NCBI GenBank assembly: GCA_965217585.1
Contig: OZ244561.1
Span: 5,408,001 to 5,472,000 of the forward strand
DNA from: Candidatus Latescibacterota bacterium
GTDB lineage: Bacteria; Latescibacterota; UBA2968; UBA8231
Length of the DNA: 64,000 nt
Direction: 5' to 3'
The notes under the pieces were generated by a model. It had not been told where the DNA came from. It saw only the letters and a program-made list of their open reading frames with translations, and searched no databases. The translations under genes were made by a program, and so were the position numbers. Below are positions 42,734 to 51,636 of the stretch, in pieces; position 1 is the stretch's first letter; each line of letters starts with the position of its first letter.

Positions 42734-43204
42734 TTACCGAACCTTCCCCAAACCTATCACAGCACCATCCAGCCAATCGACAAAAGCCGCTGGCGACTCG
42801 ACCACCACGCGGCCGTTGAGCGACTCGTGTTCAAATCCGCACATTTGGTCGCCGACAAAGGCGAATGCGCCGGAGGTCTGTGGAGTAAAGGCCAGCGAAA
42901 AGGTCAAATCGGGCACGGCCACCTGGTGTATGTCGAGATGGGGCAGGGCGAAGGTGTAGATGTAATCTCGACTCGTCAGTTCGAATTCAACCGCTATGCC
43001 AAGCGGAAGGTGTAACTCCTTCCCCGGCTTGATGATATCGTCGTCGGTCTGCAACTCGCCGTCGGGGCCTGGGTAGCGGAATTGCCAGATGTACTCTTCT
43101 CCGGTGATTTGGATGCGCAGTGGTCCTGGGGGCAGGGCGGGCGTGCAACCGGCCGCCCCCAACAGGACCAGTCCCCAGAGCAAGAACCGGATATAGCTGC
43201 TCAT
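42734..43204 (-). CDS. Cytochrome c oxidase subunit II-like cupredoxin lipoprotein, CuA ligands altered
   Basis: LGAAGC lipobox, W.FRYPGPDG, ELHLP, LTSRDYIYTF, GDQMCGFEHESL, F..WL. Confidence 0.7.
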   Translation of the reverse strand: MSSYIRFLLWGLVLLGAAGCTPALPPGPLRIQITGEEYIWQFRYPGPDGELQTDDDIIKPGKELHLPLGIAVEFELTSRDYIYTFALPHLDIHQVAVPDLTFSLAFTPQTSGAFAFVGDQMCGFEHESLNGRVVVESPAAFVDWLDGAVIGLGKVR

Positions 43205-43385
43205 GGCTTATTCCTCTCTCGAACAGCCGTTTTAGTCCACGTCTTAAGACGAAGTACTTTCGATCAAGCGCAAATAAACCGCCTCATTCCGCTCCGTCAA
43301 GCTGCTTTACACGCGCTCTTTATCTTCCTAAAATCACCCGCGCAGAAGCGGCAACCCCGCCGCAACTACTCAGGAGCACTACCGC

Positions 43386-45323
43386 ATGAAAAGCCTAACC
43401 GCCAATATCCCGCTCAACGCGCCGGCCCACTGGGCCGTGTGGCAGCGTCGTCTCTTCGACGCCTTGGACCAATCGGTGCAGCCCTTCCTCGATCACTTCA
43501 CCCGCGAGGACGGCGAATTTATCTGGCAGGACGAATGGGGCGGCGGCAGCCCCGACGATTTCTACGAGCCATTTTTCAACTGGCCGCTCGTTTATCTGAT
43601 GGGCGGCGGCGAGCACCTGTTGCACTTGGCCGACCGCCAGTGGGAGGCCATCACTTGCCAACTGACCCGCTTAGGCACGGTCAGCAAGGAATACGGCATC
43701 CGCGAAGACCAGATGCACCAAGCCGAAAGCGACATCTGCTTTTACCATTTGTGCTTGGCCCACCCCAACGCCCCCCGGCGCGTCGAACGGGCCTGCCGCT
43801 TTGCCGGCTTTTACCTCAACGAAGACCCTGAAGCGCAAAACTACGACCCCGAGCACAAAATCCTGCGCTCGGGTCTCAACGGCAGCCACGGCCCCTATTT
43901 TGCCCCGCTGGCCGAGCGCGACCACCAAAGCTACAACCCCTTGGGCGGCAGCATGGAAGTGTACAACCTACCCTTTTTCGACCTGCCTAGCATCACCTGC
44001 GTGCAGGACTTGGCCGACCCGGCCAAAGCCCGCTTGATGGGGCAGACCCTGTTCGACCGCTGGCGTCAGGGCGACACCCCGACCAACTTGGCCGTCACCT
44101 CGCTGGCTACCAACGCCTTCCTAATCACCGGCGACGAAAAATACCGCGCTTGGGTAGTAGAATACACCGACGCTTGGGTGGAGCGAGCACAGGCCAACGG
44201 CGGCATGTTGCCGGACAACGTCGGCCTGTCGGGCCAAGTGGGCGAATACTGCGCTGGCAACTGGTACGGCGGGCGCTACGGCTGGACCTTTCCACATGGC
44301 TTTTTGACCTTGCAGAAAGCCACTCTCGACGCGGCGGCCAACGCCTACCTGTTGACCCGCGACCGCGCCTATCTCGACCTGCCGCGCCAGCAGATGGACC
44401 GCATCTTGGAACAAGGGCGCATGGAGGATATTCGCGACCAGTACATGAGCGTGGCCGAGCGCTGGGCAAGCCAATTTGCCGCTATGGGTGAAAAGCGCGA
44501 AACCTTGCTGGTGCCCTACCGCTACGGCGACGCTGGCTGGTTCGACTGGCAGCCCATGAGTCCGGTGTATCCGGTGACGCTGTGGAATTTGTCTATGGAC
44601 GAGGGCGACTGGGAGCGCATGGAGGCCATTCGGCAAAAAGAAGCATTCGACTGGGCCGCGGTGTTCCCCTTCCACAACAAAGAGGACTCGGGCCACGAGG
44701 CTCCTTGGGTGCGCTTTCTGGCCGGAGCCAACCCGACCTATCCAGAGCAAATGTTGCAGGCCACGTACCAAGTGGCCGGCCGTCGCTTGGCCCAAATGCG
44801 TGCCGACCAAGACGTGGGTACCCGCCACCACGTACACCACTGGCAATGGGGCAATCCGGTCTCCTCTGAAGCACTCATCCAGCTAACTATGGGCGGCCCA
44901 CAGCCTATCTACAACGGCGGCCTGCTGCACGCCCGCCTGCGCTACTTTGACGCCCAGCGCCGCCGTCCCGGCCTACCCGCAGACGTCGGGGCCTTGGTGG
45001 AAAAGCTCGCCGCGGACCGCACGGTCGTGCGCTTGGTCAATTTGAATCACAACGAGGGCCGGGAACTGGTCATTCAGGGCGGGGCCTTTGGCGAGCACCG
45101 CTTTGGCCGGGCTACCTATCAAAGCCGCACCAGCGAGTATCCGGGCTGGATGGGTGGCTACGCCGGCACGTACGCGGCCCCGCCCTTGGAGACCGCAGAG
45201 CGCCAAATAGCCGTTGACGGCAAACACTTGAGCATCACCTTACCGCCCCATTGCGAAATCACCCTCGACCTAGAGACTCAGCGCTACGTCAACGAGCCTT
45301 CACACCACGCCGGGCCGTTTTAG
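43386..45323 (+). CDS. Hypothetical protein (645 aa)
   Basis: Long ORF, AGGAG SD, host-like codon use; no motif recognised with confidence. Confidence 0.8.
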   Translation: MKSLTANIPLNAPAHWAVWQRRLFDALDQSVQPFLDHFTREDGEFIWQDEWGGGSPDDFYEPFFNWPLVYLMGGGEHLLHLADRQWEAITCQLTRLGTVSKEYGIREDQMHQAESDICFYHLCLAHPNAPRRVERACRFAGFYLNEDPEAQNYDPEHKILRSGLNGSHGPYFAPLAERDHQSYNPLGGSMEVYNLPFFDLPSITCVQDLADPAKARLMGQTLFDRWRQGDTPTNLAVTSLATNAFLITGDEKYRAWVVEYTDAWVERAQANGGMLPDNVGLSGQVGEYCAGNWYGGRYGWTFPHGFLTLQKATLDAAANAYLLTRDRAYLDLPRQQMDRILEQGRMEDIRDQYMSVAERWASQFAAMGEKRETLLVPYRYGDAGWFDWQPMSPVYPVTLWNLSMDEGDWERMEAIRQKEAFDWAAVFPFHNKEDSGHEAPWVRFLAGANPTYPEQMLQATYQVAGRRLAQMRADQDVGTRHHVHHWQWGNPVSSEALIQLTMGGPQPIYNGGLLHARLRYFDAQRRRPGLPADVGALVEKLAADRTVVRLVNLNHNEGRELVIQGGAFGEHRFGRATYQSRTSEYPGWMGGYAGTYAAPPLETAERQIAVDGKHLSITLPPHCEITLDLETQRYVNEPSHHAGPF

Positions 45324-45328
45324 GCCAT

Positions 45329-45357
45329 TTGACAGGCTATTGCCGCTTTAGTTTATT
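45329..45357 (+). promoter_or_regulatory. Putative sigma-70 promoter
   Basis: TTGACA (45329-34)-N17-TTTATT (45352-57). Confidence 0.5.
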
Positions 45358-45367
45358 CCGGCTAAGT

Positions 45368-45480
45368 GCTCAAAGGGAGCCCTCAAGTCCGCGGTAAGGG
45401 TCAAACCCACCTTCTCAGCAAATAACAGCCTTCTTTCAGCCTGCTACGCGGACGTCAGGCATTAACGAGAGAGGGTTGGC
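45368..45480 (+). ncRNA. Candidate structured cis-regulatory 5' leader
   Basis: Complementary blocks AGCCCTC/GAGGGTT, GTCCGCG/CGCGGAC, GCCTG/CAGGC, GGGT/ACCC. Confidence 0.5.
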
Positions 45481-46191
45481 ATGTCTAGAGCACTTCCCCG
45501 TAAGCCCCATATAGATTCTCTCAAAAAGCAGGCCCGGCAGCTACTCCAGGCGCACCGCGAGGCCCGTCCGGAAAGCCTCCGCAGTATTCGGACCTATATG
45601 CCCCACTTGGGCTCATTGTCCGACGAGGCCATCCTGCAAAGGCCATTTACCTTGCAACAGGCCCAATGCGTCCTCAGCCGCGAGTATGGGTTTGGCAATT
45701 GGTCCGAATTGGTCCGAGCCGTCGAGATTATCCGCCAAGCCGAGTCGGCCATGCTGAACCAAGTCGATGCCGCTCTGCGCAAAGGTCAAGCTATCCATGT
45801 ATTGATCCCCGAGCGCATGGCGGCGGACATCGCTAAAAGGCTGATCGCCCATTGCGGCCAAGATCGGGTACTCTTGGTGCCTCGCATAAGCCAAGAGCCG
45901 ATCAATGTATGGATTGACCGGGTCGCGGAGGCGGCAGTCGTAGTTAGTCATCCTGGAGAGTTGGGCTTTCTCCACATGCGTGAACGCTTGCAAAAACCCG
46001 AAGGGCCATTGGATTTCGAGCGGCTTTTATCTGGAGCTCACGCCTTCGTGAACGTGCCGTTCAGAGATGAAAAGACGCCTTCGATTATCTCCGGCCTGGA
46101 TGAAGAGACAGGGGTTGTCCGCGAGCTGATTTCCATGTATCTGACGGAGTTCTATGGATTATACGGTTCGATAACAGATCATCGCTACTGA
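45481..46191 (+). CDS. Hypothetical protein: LPxxP..LKKQA..AQ..REYGF..W module plus degenerate SecA NBD1-like fragment
   Basis: SecA-like words GQAIHVL, ELGFLHMRE, DEKTPSIISG, EFYGLY in SecA order. Confidence 0.6.
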   Translation: MSRALPRKPHIDSLKKQARQLLQAHREARPESLRSIRTYMPHLGSLSDEAILQRPFTLQQAQCVLSREYGFGNWSELVRAVEIIRQAESAMLNQVDAALRKGQAIHVLIPERMAADIAKRLIAHCGQDRVLLVPRISQEPINVWIDRVAEAAVVVSHPGELGFLHMRERLQKPEGPLDFERLLSGAHAFVNVPFRDEKTPSIISGLDEETGVVRELISMYLTEFYGLYGSITDHRY

Positions 46192-46210
46192 CCTCTGGCA
46201 GTCAGATAAA

Positions 46211-46237
46211 TTGTAGGGGCAACCCTTGTCCCTACAA
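46211..46237. repeat. GTAG-type REP-like palindrome between convergent genes
   Basis: TTGTAGGGGCAA-CCC-TTGTCCCTACAA, 12-bp stem with one G:T. Confidence 0.45.
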
Positions 46238-46852
46238 AGCGTCTAGGACAGCCGCGACCTGTTCTTCGGTGGGCGTGCTGCCGTCGAGGATCAGGTCTGC
46301 GTAGCGGGCGGTGGGCTGGACGTGGCGGCGGTACATTGGGCGGACCTGCTCTTGGTACTGGGCGCGGATTGAGGCGGGGGAACGGCCGCGCTCGACGCGG
46401 TCGCGGGCGAGGCGGCGCGCCAAGCAGAGCGCGTCGGCGGCGGCGACGAAGAGGCGCAGGTGGTAGAGGGCGTTGATGTCGGGCCAGTAGAGGGCAAAGA
46501 GGCCCTCGACGAGCAGGAAGTCGGTGGGGGTGAGGTGGCGTTGGGTCGCTTGGCGCGTGTGGGTGGCAAAGTCGTACACGGGAATTTCGACGCGGTGGCC
46601 GGCGGCGAGTTGGCGAAGATCCGCGGCGAGGCGCTGGTGATCCATGGCCTCGGGTGCGTCGAAGTTTACTCGGGCCCTTTCAACTGGGGAGAGATCGGCC
46701 AAGTCGCGGTAGTACGCGTCTAGGGAGAGGACGGTCGCGGAGCTGGGTAGGCGGGTCTGGAGGGCGCGGGCGAGCGTGGTCTTGCCGGCGCCGGATGGCC
46801 CGGCCAAGCCGATGAGGCGGGGCGGCCCTTTAGCTTTGGAATGGGGCTGCAT
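46232..46852 (-). CDS. udk: Uridine kinase
   Basis: IGLAGPSGAGKTT, LDAYY, NFDAPEA.D, PVYDF..HTR, VEG, RRL.RD..ERGR. Confidence 0.88.
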   Translation of the reverse strand: MQPHSKAKGPPRLIGLAGPSGAGKTTLARALQTRLPSSATVLSLDAYYRDLADLSPVERARVNFDAPEAMDHQRLAADLRQLAAGHRVEIPVYDFATHTRQATQRHLTPTDFLLVEGLFALYWPDINALYHLRLFVAAADALCLARRLARDRVERGRSPASIRAQYQEQVRPMYRRHVQPTARYADLILDGSTPTEEQVAAVLDAL

Positions 46853-46986
46853 TCTTGACTCGTAAGATACCGTCTATAAGTTCAAAAAGAGAGGGTTGTG
46901 GGAACGGTCCGATGCGTGTAATTCCTCCACCGACGCGATTCCCACTCCCATTGGTGTTCAAAAAATTATGAAGAAAGGAAGAGCCA

Positions 46987-47925
46987 ATGAACCAAATCGG
47001 GCCTTTCCCGATCAATAAGACCCACGAAGGCGATTGTTTAGAACTGATTCCGCAACTTCCAGACGAGTCCGTGAATATAGTTGTGACAAGTCCGCCCTAT
47101 TGGGGGCAAAGGCACTCAGAAGGGATCGGTATCGAAAAAGACCCGAGGGATTATCTACGGTTTCTCACGAAAGCCTTTGTAGAGATTTTACCGAAGTTGA
47201 GGCCGGAAGGGATTCTTTGGATTAATATGGGAGACGCTTACAACACCCCTGTGAACTGGAATCAAAAAGCGTGGAAGTTCAGCACCCTAGGTGAGAAAAA
47301 ACAAGGTTTTTCGGAGGACAATTCAGCATACACCAAACCACGGGCGCGACGAAAAGCGTTTATCGACAAGGATGAAACGTGGCTTCAGTATGGCAATCTT
47401 CTGGCGCTCCCATATCGTCTTATTATTTCTCTTTGCGACGCGGGCTACTTGTTCCGGGGAGAAGTGATCTGGCGAAAAAAAAATGCCATGCCAGAGGGCC
47501 GTTGCCGACGCCCGCATCGTCAACACGAATCGATTTACTTGCTGACAAAGAGCGAGCGGCATGGTTTTCGCGTAACGCCTCCGATTAAGAGCGTGTGGGA
47601 GTTCGCAAACGAGAAAATTGACGGGCTCAAGCATTTCTCACGCTTTCCAAAGGAATTGCCAATTCGCTGCATTAAGGCGTACGGAACCTGTGGAGAAGAC
47701 GTCGTGATCTTGGACCCGTTCTCTGGCTCGGGCACTACAGGAACCGCGGCGTTGACCCTTGGCTGTTCCTACATAGGATTTGAAGTTGACCCTGAGCAAG
47801 TTCGGGCCTCCAACAAACGCTTGGAGGAAAGCGAAGGGCCAAATTTGGAATTATTTCCGAAATCGGCGACTCTCCGAAACGACGAACCTAGTGAAAGCAT
47901 CGTCTGGGTCGATGAAGTCACATGA
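46987..47925 (+). CDS. Beta-class amino DNA methyltransferase, probably m4C
   Basis: Motif IV TSPPY before motif I DPFSGSGTT; GDCLE; H..RFP.EL. Confidence 0.9.
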   Translation: MNQIGPFPINKTHEGDCLELIPQLPDESVNIVVTSPPYWGQRHSEGIGIEKDPRDYLRFLTKAFVEILPKLRPEGILWINMGDAYNTPVNWNQKAWKFSTLGEKKQGFSEDNSAYTKPRARRKAFIDKDETWLQYGNLLALPYRLIISLCDAGYLFRGEVIWRKKNAMPEGRCRRPHRQHESIYLLTKSERHGFRVTPPIKSVWEFANEKIDGLKHFSRFPKELPIRCIKAYGTCGEDVVILDPFSGSGTTGTAALTLGCSYIGFEVDPEQVRASNKRLEESEGPNLELFPKSATLRNDEPSESIVWVDEVT

Positions 47926-49014
47926 ATAAATCCGTGCCTTTGCTAGGGGGGTATCGGGAGGAGTCGGATGAGTGTTCTTATTGTAGGAAAAGCACGCTGA
48001 GAAAAAGCCGTCATTTTCTATGTCTTTTCTCTTTGCGTTCCTTTGATCCTGATCTTCTGCGGTGAAGATTTTGCCCAATTCTCCGCGATTGATGGGCTCA
48101 GGACCAGGGAAACTCTTGCAGTCCATCGTCCATAGTGGGGAAATGTAGCTAGCATCAACAAGTGCTTGACTCATAGGAACATCGTCTGTCCGGCGTTCCG
48201 CAAAACTCGCCTTGACGTGAACGACCCCAATCATCCGTTCGTTTGCGCCCTCGCCGACCGTTAGCATAATATCCACTTTGTCTGCTTCAAGGCGGTGACC
48301 AACGTTGATACCGTGAAGAATCCTCTCCTTACGCTCGGAATCTTTACGTACCATGTTGATCCCTTGCTTCGCCAGGGTAGCACCGTAATGTTTTTCGAGA
48401 ACCAACTCCAAGGCCCAACCAGCAGTTCGTTTCCAGCTTTGCGCAAAGTCTAAGCGAGCATACTGGGCAGGATGGTTGTATGGGTCACAGTAGGCGCGAT
48501 ATACGAGAAACCACCAGAGATCGGAGGGGTTAGCTTGGGGCCAGAGTTCAACGGCTTTCATGAATGCATTGGCCACACTTTCCATCTTAATCGTCTCGAC
48601 TCGCTGGTCTTCAATCCCAGAGTTAGCAAGCTGAGCGAGCCCATTTCGCAACGTTAGAACTATTTCTGTGAACTGCTCCACGGTAACACCTTCAAGGCGG
48701 TACGTAGCGTCGTATTCACCATAGGGAAAGTGAAGAATGAGATCATTGTCGACTTCTTCTGGGGTAATTGAGCGTTTTATGGACGGAGCGTTCCCTTCTA
48801 TGCCTTCTGCAAGGTCGCGCAGGGTTTTGCCATAGAGTGAGAGCAGAGACATAACCACATCAAGACCGGGGAGGGCCGCGCCGCTCTCGAGCGCATGGAT
48901 CCAGCCTGGCCCCAAAACAAGGTTACTTTCGACCTGCTCAGACTCAAGTTGGGCTTCCTGACGAAATGTATGCAGTCGCCGAAAAAGCTGTGAGAGGTAA
49001 TCGCTACGGGTCAT
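47851..49014 (-). CDS. Putative type II restriction endonuclease with N-terminal XRE-like HTH
   Basis: QSWKRTAG..LE, DKVD, VHVKASFAER resemble the CCGG-family PD-(D/E)xK variant; next to the MTase. Confidence 0.7.
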   Translation of the reverse strand: MTRSDYLSQLFRRLHTFRQEAQLESEQVESNLVLGPGWIHALESGAALPGLDVVMSLLSLYGKTLRDLAEGIEGNAPSIKRSITPEEVDNDLILHFPYGEYDATYRLEGVTVEQFTEIVLTLRNGLAQLANSGIEDQRVETIKMESVANAFMKAVELWPQANPSDLWWFLVYRAYCDPYNHPAQYARLDFAQSWKRTAGWALELVLEKHYGATLAKQGINMVRKDSERKERILHGINVGHRLEADKVDIMLTVGEGANERMIGVVHVKASFAERRTDDVPMSQALVDASYISPLWTMDCKSFPGPEPINRGELGKIFTAEDQDQRNAKRKDIENDGFFSACFSYNKNTHPTPPDTPLAKARIYSCDFIDPDDAFTRFVVSESRRFRK

Positions 49015-49016
49015 GT

Positions 49017-50711
49017 TTAGCTTTGGAACCAAGCGGCAATGGCTTCGCGGCCGAGTGCGTTGGGGATGTCGGCAGCGCGGAGCCAGCCCTTGCGGGCGAT
49101 GCCGATGCCGTAGCCGAGATGATCCAAGCCGGCGATGCTGTGGGCGTCGGTGTTGACGGCGATTTGGACGCCGTGGTCGCGCGCCTTTTTGACGTGCCGC
49201 CAGTCGAGGTCGAGCCGCGCCGGATGGGCGTTGATTTCGAGGGCCACCCCATAGCGGGCGGCGGCTTCGATGATCGAGTCGATATCGACGGCGTAGCCTT
49301 CGCGGTTGAGGAGCAAGCGCCCGGTTGGATGACCGACGATGGTGGCAGCCGGGTGCTCGATGGCGCGGACGATGCGGGCGGTCATGGCGTCGCGGCTCAG
49401 GTTGAACTGCGAATGGACCGAGACGACCACGAAGTCGAATTGCGCAAGCAGGTCGTCTTCGTAGTCCAGCGAGCCGTCGCCGAGGATATCCGACTCAATG
49501 CCCTTGAAGATGCGAAAGGGGGCCAATTCCTCGTTGAGCCGGTCGATTTCCTCCCACTGACGCTGGACTTCCGCAACGCGAAGCCCCCCGGCGTAGGCCG
49601 CAGTCTGGCTGTGATCGGCAATGCCCATGTACTCAAAGCCGCGTTCTTGCACGGCACGGGCCATGGCCTCTAGGCTGTCGGCCCCATCCGAATAGGTCGA
49701 ATGCATGTGGAGCATGCCGCGAATGTCGGCGGTCGTTACTAGCTCGGGCAGCGCGTCGTCGGCCGCGGCTTCGACTTCGCCCTGGTTCTCCCGTAACTCC
49801 GGCGGAATGTAGGCGAGTCCCAAGGCAGCAAATAAGTCCGCTTCATCCGCGCACTCGATGCGCTCATCGTCGCGCCAGAGCCCGCGTTCGTCGAGGACTA
49901 GCCCGCGCTCTGCGGCCCTAGCGCACAATGCGGCGCGGTGTTCCTCGCTGCCTGTGTAGTAGTGTAAAGCGGTGGGAAAGGCATCGTCTGGAACCACGTG
50001 CAAGTTGGCTTGCAGCCCGTTGGACAGCCGCCCCACGCTCGGGGCGAGGATTTCGGCGATATCCGGGTGGGCGACAAAGGCCGCAGTCGCAGCCTCAGCG
50101 TCGGTGGTGCTGAGTACGAAGTCGAGCTGTTGGACTGTCTCCCGCGCTCGGCGCAGCTCTCCGGCGACGGCGAGGCGCTGCGCGTGGGAGCCCAAGGCGG
50201 CGAGCAGACTTTGAGCGCTTTGGTGCGCGGTATCGGCGTGGCAGTGGCCCTCGTGGGCGCGGATGTACTCGACGCCTTTGAGGATGGTTGCTTGGGTCTT
50301 GGAACCAAACCCCTTGAGGGCGGCGAGTTGGCCGGCGCGGCAGGCTTGTTCGAGGGCATCGAGGGTCTCTATGCCGAGGGCCTTGCGGATGGCGTTGATC
50401 TTGCGCGGCCCCAACCCGGGGACCCGCAGCATGTCGAGCAGGCCCTCGGGCGTTGCGGCCCGCAGCTTTTCATAGGCTTGAGCCGTGCCGGTGTCGGCGA
50501 ACTCGGCGACCAGTTCGGCCACGCTGTCGCCGATGCCCTTGACCTCGGTCAGGGTCCCGGCGGCGAGGAGCTCGTCGAGGGGGGACGTTAGGGTTTCGAG
50601 GGCGCGCACGGCATTGGCATAGGCGCGGACCCGGAAGGGAGAGGCCCCGCTGAGTTCGAGGAGGGTGGCGTACTCTTCGACAAAATCCGCTGCGTTGCGG
50701 GCCGTTATCAT
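49017..50711 (-). CDS. polX: PolX-PHP protein with non-canonical polymerase site
   Basis: PFRVRAY, HhH motifs KGIG/PGLGP/KGFG, YIPPELRE; PHP HMHSTYSDG, DHS, GHPT, EIN, TDAH. Confidence 0.9.
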   Translation of the reverse strand: MITARNAADFVEEYATLLELSGASPFRVRAYANAVRALETLTSPLDELLAAGTLTEVKGIGDSVAELVAEFADTGTAQAYEKLRAATPEGLLDMLRVPGLGPRKINAIRKALGIETLDALEQACRAGQLAALKGFGSKTQATILKGVEYIRAHEGHCHADTAHQSAQSLLAALGSHAQRLAVAGELRRARETVQQLDFVLSTTDAEAATAAFVAHPDIAEILAPSVGRLSNGLQANLHVVPDDAFPTALHYYTGSEEHRAALCARAAERGLVLDERGLWRDDERIECADEADLFAALGLAYIPPELRENQGEVEAAADDALPELVTTADIRGMLHMHSTYSDGADSLEAMARAVQERGFEYMGIADHSQTAAYAGGLRVAEVQRQWEEIDRLNEELAPFRIFKGIESDILGDGSLDYEDDLLAQFDFVVVSVHSQFNLSRDAMTARIVRAIEHPAATIVGHPTGRLLLNREGYAVDIDSIIEAAARYGVALEINAHPARLDLDWRHVKKARDHGVQIAVNTDAHSIAGLDHLGYGIGIARKGWLRAADIPNALGREAIAAWFQS

Positions 50712-51493
50712 CCTTTTTGCTCCTGCATCAGGCAGAGAATATGCGCCACCAACGACGCGTTGCCCGCGGCGAGTCCACCCGGGATAAGGGGATCGGCTTG
50801 GTTATAGGTCCGCACTTGATGGTCGCATGTGTGCATGAGGCCGCCGGCCTCGCGCACCAGCAGGTCGCCAGCGCAAACATCCCACTCGTTTTTGTCTTGG
50901 ATACTAAAGTTGAGGTCGCAGCCCCCCGCAGCGACTAAGGCCAGCTTGTAGGCGACACTGCCGACGGGGCGGATTGCGCCGAGGTGCGAGTGAAAGGGGT
51001 CGATCCCGCCGCGTTTGGTCTCGCTGCGGCTGACGACGGCCGTGGCTTGGCTGAGGGATTGGACCTCGCTGCAAAACACGCGCTGGCCGTTGCGGAAGGT
51101 ACCGCTACCGGACACGGCGGCGAAGACTTTCTCCTGCACGGGGTTGTAGATGACCGCTAGGGTCGGCTCACCGCCTTCGACTAAGGCCACGGCGATCACG
51201 TATTCGGGGATGCCTTCGACAAACTCGCGGGTGCCGTCTATTGGATCGACGATCCACACGGCTTCCTTGTTTAGGCGTTGGCGGTCATCGACGGTCTCTT
51301 CGGAGAGCCAGCCGCAGTCTGGGCGCAGATCCCGCAGAGCTTCTTTGAGATAGGCGTCGGCCTGGAGATCCGCCTCAGTCAGCGGGTCGTTCCTGTCTTT
51401 GTATGCGACCTTCAGGGGTCCGCCGAAGTACTGCAAGGTCAGCGCCCCGGCCTCGCGGGTGGCTGCTATGGCTTGTTGGAGTTGGGTCTGCAT
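50708..51493 (-). CDS. Inositol monophosphatase family, CysQ-like
   Basis: PLTEAD, LSEE, WIVDPIDGTREF, GSVAYKL, EWDVCAG; start moved to ATG 51493. Confidence 0.85.
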   Translation of the reverse strand: MQTQLQQAIAATREAGALTLQYFGGPLKVAYKDRNDPLTEADLQADAYLKEALRDLRPDCGWLSEETVDDRQRLNKEAVWIVDPIDGTREFVEGIPEYVIAVALVEGGEPTLAVIYNPVQEKVFAAVSGSGTFRNGQRVFCSEVQSLSQATAVVSRSETKRGGIDPFHSHLGAIRPVGSVAYKLALVAAGGCDLNFSIQDKNEWDVCAGDLLVREAGGLMHTCDHQVRTYNQADPLIPGGLAAGNASLVAHILCLMQEQKG

Positions 51494-51636
51494 AATGAGG
51501 GGTGGAAAATAGGGGTTGGCGTTGGGGGGAGCAATGGGCTGTGCGGCGCTGCGTGGGGGCCATGGCGGCTTGACAAGACGAAGAGGCGTCGGGTAGATTG
51601 AGAAAGCAGAATCGACAATTTCAAACGAGGTGGAAC

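Noticed and set aside
43082-43385. ORF spanning the divergent gap before the 645-aa gene
   Set aside because: Overlaps two better ORFs; the gap is more simply a divergent promoter region
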